Shown here: piece by piece, positions 18,430 through 29,227 of the stretch
Numbering within the stretch: the first letter of the stretch is position 1
Layout: each line of letters starts with the position of its first letter
DNA from: Macrostomum lignano
Lineage: Eukaryota
Length of the DNA: 64,000 bases
Direction: 5' to 3'
Assembly (NCBI GenBank): GCA_002269645.1
Contig: NIVC01000157.1
Location: forward strand, 372,001-436,000
Notes under the pieces: generated by a model
The model's input: the letters and a program-made list of their open reading frames with translations, nothing else
The model's database searches: none
What the model was told of the DNA's origin: nothing
Translations under genes and position numbers: made by a program

Positions 18430-18840
18430 ACAAATTTACTTATGTTTATTCTTAACTCTGGTTAATGTGAGCTTAAAGATAGAGTACCAGAAACAAGTCA
18501 GTCGATTTTCGCGCAAAATTTTTAACCATTTAGAAATCCGCATCTCAGAGCTGCAGAACTGCAGAACCAGAATTGACAGGTTCCAAACTAGTTTTAGTTA
18601 TGAAAACTTGCTAATAATAAAATTTGTAGATCTATTATTAGTGTTATTCGATAGTCAGGGCATCTCTTTGAACTGTTTACATTTAATTTAAATAAATTAA
18701 TGTTAACATCTGAAACTAAGTTTAGTCAGCCCCAAGCCGATAATTCAATCTAAGTTATAAATTCTTTAAATTCGTGCCTCTCCGGCTTTGGAGTTCCGCA
18801 AACTTTGTACCCAGCATCCGACGTTCTTCATCGCTCCGAA

Positions 18841-20125
18841 ATGGTTCGAGTAAGTGCGCTAACTTTTTGTTTGAATCATATAATACTCAGTGAGTCAGTT
18901 ATATTTTATAGATAACAAATTATTAATGTTCAAGCATACTTGCAGTTAAAATTTGCATTCCTGTTCTTTTTAAATTTGTTTTAGTTTTGGAAGTCACGTT
19001 GTTAGCATTTTGCAGCATAACAAGATCTGAGTTCATTCAATTTTGTTTGAATTTGTCAAATTAAACCGTATTAAAAACTTGAGTAATTAAGAGTGACAAG
19101 GTAAACTATTCAATGATAAAACAGCAAGTAAGAAAAGAAACCTATTTAACGCTGTTTGCCTTGAAGACGTTAATGAGTCATTGTAGCCAGATCAGAGGGC
19201 TGACAATATTTATAATGTTTTCTATCATTTCATTTTTACAAAAATTCTCCAGGCGCTCAGCCTCCTGGCCCTGTGCACTCTGGCGATATGTACATCGGCC
19301 GAAGCCGCAGGCGACACGGTATCCAAATCGTGCAGTGCTCAATGGACGCTGGTTGCTACGCTGGAAAATTCTCAAAAACGAGCAGTTCTCCAAAATTTTC
19401 ACTACCATGTCGGCTTGCGCTGTCTGCACAATGCTCATAAAGTCCCTTGGGAGACTTTGATATCGATTTCGGTGACCACCCAGATCCTTGGCGACCCTCA
19501 TGGAGTGTCGGAATTCATTTCCACCAATCTCGGACGTCCGAGAGCGACACTCGGATCCGTGCTTGTCCCAGCAAAGTCGGTCGCCAAGATCTGGCAGCTT
19601 GTTGTCCGCACTAACAGTGAAGTCTTTAAATTCCAAAGAACGCAATCAGTCAGAGGGAGCCCCCCACCAATTCTGTCCTGCCACGCGTCTTACCAAGTGA
19701 AGAGGCGCATCACGGAGCAATCTTGGGTGCAGTTGAAGCACGAAAGCTCGAATATGTATTTGGTAACCACTAACAGAAGAGGCTGGGACGCCGGTACGCT
19801 GGGATCCTCAGCTAGCAACAAGTTTCGCTTTCAACAAATCAGGCCAGGTACCTACAGGATCGTTGCCTACTCATACAGGTTCAGCGGGTACAGGTATCTT
19901 TACTCGTCCATGGCCGGTGGGATCTACTTAGACGACAGCGACATCTCGAATGAGAAGCAGCTGTGGACGCTGGATAGAACTGATCTGAGAGAGGGCGATT
20001 CCATCGCCATCCAGAATGTGTACTACCCTGGAGGATATATGATTAGGTATGAAGGCTCAACTACCAATGTCTTCTGCGAGTACACCAACTACCCAGATCG
20101 TTGGATTGTTGAGCTGGCTGACTGA
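18841..20125 (+). CDS. Secreted lysenin-like protein 2, 293 aa
   Basis: join(18841..18849,19253..20125): ATG GTT CGA|gtaagt ... ctccag|GCG gives MVRALSLLALCTLAICTSAEA. Same phase-0 micro-exon structure as paralog 1; the beta-trefoil is roughly three-quarters identical to paralog 1 by eye. Confidence 0.87.
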
Positions 20126-21839
20126 AATACGAGTATTTAGTCTCTAAACTTGTAACTTATGACGTCAAATCAATGATTATAAGATTTTCTGTTTAAACCA
20201 GACACTTTCGACTTGTATGAATCAAAATTTTAATAAGAAGATAAATATGCATCCCACTCTACTTATAGAAAATCTTGCAAAGCGTTAACTACAATTTATC
20301 TACAGACATTTCTGGAGCTGAAACTACTAACAGTAGCGTGAAAGCATATTTGTGTTGCCCCTCAAACTAGGCCATATTATTTTATCATAAAAATCGAAAT
20401 ACCAGCTTAGAGCTTCACATTTATTCAGTATTTCAGTGTTCAAAACAATATGCGCTCCATATGCCATTTACTTTAGAAACTTTACCTGCTTCGTTTAAGT
20501 TAGTCAGTTTTTGCAAGACTACATAAATATTATGATGGGTTTCGGCCTTTCGGCCCCCTTGTGGGGAAGCCTTCGGGCCTCAGGTCTCAGAAATAAATCA
20601 ATTAGAGTCCTGGCCCCCCACTCCTGTCAGATGGTCAGCCCCATGGTAGCTTGATCGTGTGGCGAGCAGTCCAGGCCCTATAGCTAAGAGAGGGACAGCG
20701 AGAGACAAGCAGGGAGAATTTTGAAGGTAGAAATTAGTTAACCCGCAGGTTAGCCAACTCGCTGCCACCAGCCCGTACGTCCTGGCTCATCACACCGGGA
20801 CTCTCGAAATCAGGCTTCCGACTAGAAGGGGCTTCGCACTTACCTGCCAACTAGTGTCTTTTTGCTGTCAATCTCGAAGTCATAGCCGATGATAAGGGAC
20901 ACTGCTGGGACTAGATCGCATTGGCCATGCAGGTACAGAGGGGACTTGTGCAGGGGATTCTTGCAGTGGCGAGACCATGGGTAGCTACATGTACTATTAC
21001 ATTGCTAAATACGAGGAATTGTACTTTTGGCCTTCAACGCGCCAACCAGCCTCTCATACGAGTAGCGCTGATGATAGACTAACTCGAACTTCAGAGATCT
21101 CGCATGATTCATTACCCGAGCCGCTTGGCGAACCTAGAGTGCACGGAGTACATCTCTAGCGCCGTTTTTGCACTATTGGCAATTTTGCTCACTGATTTGA
21201 TAGATTGATCGACTGAGAACTGCCTTGCCATTGGTCCACTGTGACCGGCGCCTACTAGCTTAGCTACTCATCTGAGCCATCGGCGAACAAAGAAATAAAA
21301 CCGATAAAAATAACTATCATATTTAGCCTTCTCCTTAGATCACTTCACACTTCAGATTGAATTGGAGTATCAGACTACTAGCAGTATTATTGAATGACTT
21401 CTGCCTCAGTAACAGCACTACTGAACAAAATGAGCAAAAGTGTGCGCCTAATTCAGCTACTGAAATAGGGGGCAGATAAGGGACCAACCAATCAAGCAAG
21501 TCCAGGTAGCCTCTCACCCAACCAATCAGAAACTCAACAGCCGGAGACCAGGTAATCCACAGTAACCGAATCGGCTTAGTGCTTCGCAGCTGTAGACTCG
21601 GGATGATGCTGTCACAGTCTTCGCAGATAGCTAGCAGGTGATGCTCTTCGCTTGATGCTTGCTGCTGATGACCGGGGGACTCGTCCTTGATGATGATGGG
21701 GGGGGGGGTTGTCGCAATCCGGTGATCAAGAAACGACGGTCGCGCTCCGGGAACCAGAAGTTGCGTGCTGGGCCCGAGCAAGTTGGAGTCCGAGCGGGCC
21801 AAAAACACCGGTTTAAATAGCCGCCAATTGGACCGCAGT

Positions 21840-22245
21840 TTGTTATAATGGAACACGTCGATTCTGATTGGCTGACCCGTTTTGTTAAAATGAGCGCCGA
21901 ATTTTCTGATTGGCTAAGCTTGTTGCTACCCAGAATCACGTGACCGGGAGATCCTATCAGTTCCCACAGGGTCGTAAAAAGATGACAGGTGCGGCCATAA
22001 ATCAATCAAAATCGCAACAAAATGATTTATGACTTTTCGCGTTTGTTATAAGGGAACACGTCGATTCTGATTGGCTGACCCGTTTTGTTAAAATGAGCGC
22101 CGAATTTTCTGATTGGCTAAGCTTGTTGCTACCCAGAATCACGTGACCGGGAGATCCTATCAGTTCCCACAGGGTCGTAAAAAGATGACAGGTGCGGCCA
22201 TAAATCAATCAAAATCGCAACAAAATGATTTATGACTTTTCGCGT
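21840..22245. repeat. 203-bp tandem duplication (2 near-identical copies) rich in CCAAT/ATTGG boxes, with a TCACGTGA E-box
   Basis: Copy 1 is 21840-22042 and copy 2 is 22043-22245. Confidence 0.93.
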
Positions 22246-22547
22246 AGGATTGACAGAAATTAATGAAAAAAATACACTAGAAAGCTCTTATTAAATAGAA
22301 GGTGAAGATAATGAAGAGAAATCGCTAATCGCTAATCCCAAAGTACTTTTAGGGGTAAAACGCATAGCTGTCAAAGCTGTCACACGCTTGAGTGAACCCG
22401 AACCATAGGCTCTGACCTCATAAATCTTGATGGCCTGTCAAAATGATGAGAAAAAAGCTACCGCCCGCATCCTCTCAGACCATCTGGCGCCCGCCTCAAC
22501 ACTGAGTGAGGCGCAGGTGGCTGTCAGACCAGCTTCGAAAGCGATGA

Positions 22548-22732
22548 TTTATGACCCAAAAAGCTGCGCCTACGTTATTATGACTACTAGTATGACCAAA
22601 CATTATATCTAGTATAGATTCTATGACTATTCGCAGAAAAAGGATAAAAATGCCCATTGCCCACTGTTAGTAGGCTAGTAAGTTTAGAGCCCAGTGCTAG
22701 CGCGGGGTTTGGAAAAAAGTGCGTCCTCATCA
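22548..22732. mobile_element. Dispersed repeat, copy A (probable DNA-transposon end)
   Basis: Homologous to 28905-29110: tttatgaccc...gcgccta.gttattatgactac...gttagtaggcta...aaaaaagtgcgtcctcatca. Confidence 0.65.
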
Positions 22733-22856
22733 ATTATTAAAAATTTTCTGCTACCATTTTATTTTTAATTAACCCTCCTATAGAAATAAATTTTCGTTCA
22801 TGAGTTAAACTTGTCAGATGGAAATGATCGATCAGTAGTTTATTGTGCTGAGCGCC

Positions 22857-24067
22857 GAGTGTCGAATGTCGAGTGTCGAGCATCGAGTGTCGAGTGTCGA
22901 GTGTCGAGTGTCGAGTGTCGAGTGTCGAGTGTCGAGTGTCGAGTGTCGAGTATCGAGTATCGAGTGTCGAGTATCGAGTGTCCAGTGTCCAGTGTCGAGT
23001 GTTGATTGTCGAGTGTCGAGTATCGAGTGTCGAGTGTCGAGTGTTGAGTGTCGAGTGTCGAGTGTCGAGTGTCGAGTGTCGAGTATCGAGTGTCGAGTAT
23101 CGATCGAGTGTCGAGTGTCGAGTACCGAGTGTCGAGTGTCGATTATCGAGTGTCGAGTGTCGATTATCGAGTGTCGAGTGTCGAGCATCGAGTGTCGAGT
23201 GTCGAGTATCGAGTGTCGAGTGTCGATTATCGAGTGTCGAGTATCGATCGAGTGTCGAGTGTCGATTATCGAGTGTCGAGTGTCGAGCATCGAGTGTCGA
23301 GTGTCGAGTGTCGAGTATCGATCGAGTGTCGAGTGTCGAGTACCGAGTGTCGAGTGTCGATTATCAAGTGTCGAGTGTCGAGTGTCGAGCATCGAGTGTC
23401 GAGTGTCGAGTATCGAGTGTCGAGTGTCGATTATCGAGTGTCGAGTGTCGAGTGTCGAGTGTCTAGTATCGAGTTTCGAGTGTCGAGTGTCGAATGTCAA
23501 GCATCGAGTGTCTAGTGTCGAGTGTCGAGTGTCGAGTGTCGAGTGTCGATTATCGAGTGTCGAGTGTCGAGCATCGAGTGTCGAGTGTCGAGTGTCGAGT
23601 ATCGATCGAGTGTCGAGTGTCGAGTACCGAGTGTCGAGTGTCGATTATCGAGTGTCGAGTGTCGAGTGTCGAGCATCGAGTGTCGAGTGTCGAGTATCGA
23701 GTGTCGAGTGTCGATTATCGAGTGTCGAGTGTCGAGTGTCGAGTGTCTAGTATCGAGTTTCGAGTGTCGAGTGTCGAATGTCAAGCATCGAGTGTCTAGT
23801 GTCGAGTGTCGAGTGTCGAGTGTCGAGTGTCGAGTGTCGAGTGTCGAGTGTCGAGTATCGAGTGTCGAGTATCGATCGAGTGTCGAGTGTCGAGTACCGA
23901 GTGTCGAGTGTCGATTATCGAGTTTCGAGTGTCGAGTGTCGAATGTCAAGCATCGAGTGTCTAGTGTCGAGTGTCGAGTGTCGAGTGTCGAGTGTCGAGT
24001 ATCGAGTGTCGAGTGTCGAGTGTCTAGTGTCGAGTGTCGAGTGTCGAGTGTCGAGTGTCGAGTATCG
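22857..24067. repeat. 7-bp satellite (tcgagtg)n, ~1.2 kb
   Basis: Direct reading; variants tcgagta, tcgatta, tcgagca. Confidence 0.97.
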
Positions 24068-24434
24068 AGAATGCTCGTAGCTGGTATTTTGTCAACGCAA
24101 TTCAACGCAGTAACTGCTTTGTGAATCAAACTAGGAGCATATTTTCAAACTTTCACTAACACAGGTTTTGTTGGTAGTTACTCGTACTTCAGTTTTGAAC
24201 CTACGCTCTGCGAACTCTGCGCATGCAGAGTGCACGGAGACAGAAAACCTGCCGGTTTTGATCAAAGATCAAAGCATACCTTCAACGAATTTAGTACACG
24301 ATATAACTTTGTATTCGTTGGTGTGCATTAAAAATACATATTTCATATTTTTGAAATTTTTTACTTGTCCATACATGCTAATAAAGCTGTCTGAACTGTG
24401 ACCACTCCAGCACACACTGGTGCCTGACTCGGGA

Positions 24435-25325
24435 TCCTTTATTCCCTATTCCTTATCCATTATCCCTTATCCCCTATCCTTTATCCCTTATCCATTATCC
24501 CCTATCCCTTATCCATTATCCACTATAACCTATTCCATATCCCTTATCTTTTATCCCCTATCCCTTTCCCCTATCCCTTATCCTCCATCCCTTATCCTTT
24601 ATCCCCTATCCCTTATCCTCTATCCCTTATCCTTTATCCCCTATCCTTTATCCCCTATCCCTTTCTCCTATCCCTTATCCTCCATCCATTATCCTTTATC
24701 CCCTATCCCTTTCCCCTATCCCTTATCCTCCATCCATTATCATTTATCCCCTATCCCTTATCCTCTATCCCTTATCCTTTATCCCCTATCCTTTATCCCC
24801 TATCCCTTTCTCCTATCCCTTATCCTCCATCCATTATCCTTTATCCCCTATCCTTTATCCCTTATCCATTATCCCCTATCCCTTATCCAATATCCACTAT
24901 AACCTATTCCATATCCCTTATCCTTTATCCCCTATCCCTTTCCCCTATCCCTTATCCTCCATCCCTTATCCTTTATCCCCTATCCCTTATCCTCTATCCC
25001 TTATCCTTTATCCCCTATCCTTTATCCCGTATCCCTTTCTCCTATCCCTTATCCTCCATCCATTATCCCTTATCCCTTATCCCCTATCCCTTATCCCCTA
25101 TCCCTTATCCCCTATCCCTTATCCCCTATCCCTTATCCTCTATCCCTTATCCCCTATCCCTTATCTCCTATCCCTTATCCCCTATCCCTTATCCCCTATC
25201 CCTTATCCCCTATCCCTTATCCCCTATCCCTTATCTCCCTCTCTTTTCCCCATTCCTTATCCCCTATCCCTTATCTCCCTCTCTTTTCCCCATTCCTTAT
25301 CCCCTAGCCTTATCGCTTATCCCTT
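24435..25325. repeat. 7-bp pyrimidine-rich satellite (tatccct/tatcccc)n
   Basis: Direct reading. Confidence 0.95.
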
Positions 25326-25824
25326 TCCCATATTTTAAACTACCCGTACGACTTATTTGGTGAATAACAAAATCTTGACGCAAATATTTAAAGATATTAA
25401 AATCATGCAGTTTCTTAAGGTTCGCTCGAATACAATACTTATAAGGCGTTCGTTTCGTTAATTCGTTTGTCTAGCCATGAGTGCATTAGTGGTCAATGCC
25501 GAATTTCCCCATAACCAATGCAGTAAGTGCCAAAATTTGCTACTGAAATGAAAAATGCTTTTTAGTCAGCAAACAAAGTGACTTTCTGAAGCATTGATTG
25601 CCACCAGTTAGACAGTGACTGAGCGAGCAGAAACCGAAAGATTAATAGAAAATAAAAAATTATACTTCTCAATCACCACGAAACTAAAGGACGCTGCAAA
25701 AGTTTCTTTCAAAAAGCTTATGTCAAATTCAAAATTGCTTTACCTGATTTAGCTTTCTCCTTTGTAAACCGTAGCGACACTTGTGAAGATCAAATGACAA
25801 AATTTAGTTCGGTTTTTAGTTTAT

Positions 25825-26552
25825 TCATGAGTTCACGAGTTCATGAGTTCACGAGTTCATGAGTTCACGAGTTCATGAGTTCACGAGTTCATGAGTTCAC
25901 GAGTTCATGAGTTCACGAGTTCATGAGTTCACGAGTTCATGAGTTCACGAGTTCATGAGTTCACGAGTTCATGAGTTCACGAGTTCATGAGTTCACGAGT
26001 TCATGAGTTCACGAGTTCATGAGTTCACGAGTTCATGAGTTCACGAGTTCATGAGTTCACGAGTTCATGAGTTCACGAGTTCATGAGTTCACGAGTTCAT
26101 GAGTTCACGAGTTCATGAGTTCACGAGTTCATGAGTTCACGAGTTCATGAGTTCACGAGTTCGTGAGTTCACGAGTTCATGAGTTCACGAGTTCATGAGT
26201 TCACGAGTTCATGAGTTCACGAGTTCACGAGTTCATGAGTTCACGAGTTCATGAGTTCACGAGTTCATGAGTTCATGAGTTCACGAGTTCACGAGTTCAT
26301 GAGTTCATGAGTTCATGAGTTCACGAGTTCATGAGTTCACCAGTTCACGAGTTCACCAGTTCACCAGTTCATGAGTTCACGAGTTCATGAGTTCACGAGT
26401 TCACGAGTTCATGAGTTCACGAGTTCATGAGTTCACGAGTTCATGAGTTCATGAGTTCACGAGTTCACGAGTTCATGAGTTCATGAGTTCATGAGTTCAC
26501 GAGTTCATGAGTTCACCAGTTCACGAGTTCACCAGTTCACCAGTTCATGAGT
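25825..26552. repeat. 8-bp satellite organised as a 16-bp dimer (gagttcac gagttcat)n
   Basis: Direct reading. Confidence 0.97.
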
Positions 26553-26938
26553 GAAGTACATGTAGACAACTGCGAGTACAACCAAAGGACAATTCTAAAC
26601 TACCAGCATCAAATATTTACTGAAGAATAAATAACCAGTGACTGCATTAGCACAAGACAATGTCCCATGTTAAACGTCATGCTTGTATGTAAATTTGGCT
26701 TAAATTTATTTGCATAAAAATGCCATAGATACTCTCCGCCTACCGAATGGAGACAGAAGCTTTCAAATAATGTAATTGGCTGGTTTCACCCGCCTCAAAT
26801 GTCAAACTAGCGGGACTGTGCCCAGAGCAAATACTAGATTAGGAGATAAAGGTTCTGAGTTTTCCTTAATCATCATGCAGAATCCAGTTTGGAAAATATT
26901 ACTCACGGGGATTCTGGGTTTTGCATTTTAACACTTCA

Positions 26939-27385
26939 ATGAAATTCGCCACCTTCGTGCAGGTAGGTGGATCTGTTTCTCTGATGTAATAAATTGTAAT
27001 AAATGAAAGCTCTTTTCTGCTGATATTGGCAACTACGAGCTAAAATGCTCTGTGAAACTTTCAGCTCTCCGTGCTGCTCACGGTGGCAGTTTTCGGTGTT
27101 CAAACTAGCGGCACTTCTGTCAGCTGCCAGGAGACCGAGAGCTTGCGCCAATGCAGCTTTGACACCAGCTGGAGAGATTTCCAATCTAGCGGGGAATCGA
27201 GCTTGGCGCACTTTGTCACCCGGTGCGAGCTGGCCGGCTGCCCCGACACCTCAGCGGTCACCAGCAACCGCGAAGTGTTTCGGCCAATGAAATCAACTAC
27301 CACGGCAGCAACACTGCATGTGGCAGTAGAAAACCCGAAGGGCGATTCTGACCCAGTGTTGTCATCGGATGTGTCAGTCTCATAG
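26939..27385 (+). CDS. Small secreted protein with a single FN3/Ig-like beta-sandwich domain (114 aa), orphan
   Basis: join(26939..26962,27065..27385): ATG...GTG CAG|gtaggt ... ctttcag|CTC gives the signal peptide MKFATFVQLSVLLTVAVFGVQTSG. Mature part has 4 Cys, SW, HFVTRC and TLHVAVENPKGDSDP (FN3 F-G strand pattern). Confidence 0.62.
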
Positions 27386-27470
27386 AGTTGCTGCTGCAGA
27401 TGGCACCGACTTGTTGGGAATTTCAATTTAAGCAGTCACTAGTGATTGACAACTCACTAGTGATTGACAA

Positions 27471-27731
27471 GGGTGCTCAGGGTGGTTGCTGGGAAGGGTG
27501 CTTGGGTGGTTGCTGGGAAGGGTGCTTGGGTGGTTGCTGGGAAGGGTGCTCAGGGTGGTTGCTGGGAAGGGTGCCCAGGGTGGTTGCTGGGAAGGGTGCT
27601 CAGGGTGGTTGCTGGGAAGGGTGCTCAGGGTGGTTGCTGGGAAGGGTGCTCAAGGTGGTTGCTGGGAAGGGTGCTCAAGGTGGTTGCTGGGAAGTGTGCT
27701 CAGGGTGGTTGCTGGGAAGGGTGCTCAGGGT
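27471..27731. repeat. 24-25-bp minisatellite (gggtggttgctgggaagggtgctca)
   Basis: Direct reading, ~10 copies. Confidence 0.95.
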
Positions 27732-27917
27732 TGTTGCCCTGCGGTATCCCAGTCTCTATTGCTATGCGAGGCGGAAAGGCTGCACAGGCGTGCAGGAAAA
27801 TGACAGCAGCCAAAGTCACAAGTGCTCAAAATAACCAATTATTCGATTCAGATTCGATTCTTTCAAATAGTAGGAAAATAAACGTCAACAAAAACATAAA
27901 ATAAAATTTTCTGTTTA

Positions 27918-27955
27918 GCCAACGCGTTTCGTCAAACACAAGACGTCGTCAGGGC
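27918..27955 (-). ncRNA. Minimal type I hammerhead ribozyme motif of Penelope-like-element type
   Basis: Minus strand reads GCC-CUGACGA-C-GUC-uuguguuu-GAC-GAAA-CGCGUU-GGC: CUGANGA and GAAA cores, 3-bp stems I and II, and a palindromic ACGCGU stem III. Confidence 0.6.
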
Positions 27956-28614
27956 AAGTTCAACTAACCTTAATTTTCAGCACCAATATATTTAAGCAGG
28001 GTTCTTTTATATGTATATGTATGTATTCTTCTATTCTTCTATTATATGTATTCTTGGATTCTTTCAATTCTGTCTTCGTTGTCTTCTTTGACCAGAAATT
28101 CTGGTCTTCATCGCGTGCGAAGCCACTTAATACGAGCGTATATTATAGACGAAAACCAACTGTATAAAAGTACACAAAGATACACAAACGTTTAGTCAAT
28201 AGAATAAATATTTATTATAAACAATACTTTTTGGTGTGTCCAGTTTGGTTTGACGAGCACTGTAAATTATTTAATAAAACAATTGACGCTTAAATCACAC
28301 CACGTTATACTTCGTATAAGCGTAAAGTATTTAGCGACTGTGAAAGTAAGCATTATAACAATTGTTACAACTACAGTCTTTTAAATTAGTTTTTAATTGC
28401 AAATTCTTACTTATATATATTAAATACATGTATGTTAAACATAAATATATTCAAAATTACAAAAAACATTCAACTTGTTACCGAATTTTTTTTTCTTGTT
28501 ACCGAATCGTCTGATACCGAATCGTCTGATACTGGTGTCGGTGTCGGTGCCCCTGGAGGATCATCGCTCGGTGACTGCGACATGGTACACCTGCCACTGC
28601 CTTCCTCAAGTCAT

Positions 28615-28904
28615 CAGCGCTTGGTGCACCAGGACAACGCTAGCGCCCACACTGCACGGTTGACTTCTGCCTTCCTGGAGCAAAATGGAGTCGTCTAGCT
28701 GGTCTCCCACACACCCTACTCACCGGACCTGGCCCCTGCGACTTTTTCCTGTTTCCGACAGTCCCACAGCAGATTTGGGGCCAGCGCTTTGAGACCCCAG
28801 ATGCAGCCCTGCAAGCTAACATGCATGCAATTAACACCCTGCCAAGTTCGGCCTTCTCACACGCCTTTGAGCAGTGGTTGTGCCAAATGGAGAAGCGCAT
28901 TGCA
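28615..28904 (+). mobile_element. Mariner (D34D) transposase fragment, pseudogenised
   Basis: LVHQDNASAHT...FLEQNGVV*LVSHTPYSPDLAP/(C)DFFLFP; one stop codon and one frameshift. Confidence 0.88.
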
Positions 28905-29110
28905 TTTATGACCCCAAAAAAGCGCAAACCGCGCCTATGTTATTATGACTACAAGTAATGGCAAAGTCATATAGCTAAAAAAATCCTGCTAGTATGAATT
29001 CTAGGTAAATTACATAAAAAGGAGAAAAATTCCCATAGCCTGCCGTTAGTAGGCTAACAAGTTTAGTCTGTGTGCGAGCGTGAAATTTGAAAAAAAGTGC
29101 GTCCTCATCA
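28905..29110. mobile_element. Dispersed repeat, copy B, abutting the mariner fragment
   Basis: Homologous to 22548-22732, with the same terminal aaaaaagtgcgtcctcatca. Confidence 0.65.
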
Positions 29111-29227
29111 TTTTGTACTTGGCATGCAAAGAGAAATCATGATAGAAGTGGGCCGGTTATTAATCAATTCACACATGCAAGCGTTTGAGTAGCAAAAAAT
29201 CTTGTTGTAGTAAGGCAAAGATAAAAT

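Noticed and set aside
16649-19253. Lysenin-like ORFs lack an in-frame ATG, suggesting the flatworm spliced-leader AUG supplies the start codon
   Set aside because: Both genes have a cis first exon (ATG-xxx-xxx|gtgagt at 16348 and |gtaagt at 18841) in the right phase, so trans-splicing is not needed.
20533-20590. Canonical hammerhead ribozyme
   Set aside because: GAAAC is present, but there is no properly placed CUGANGA or stem III/NUH partner; it is kept only as an unclassified structure.
27100-27426. Minus-strand 108-aa ORF
   Set aside because: It is the antisense shadow of the better-supported plus-strand spliced gene, which has a signal peptide and canonical splice sites.
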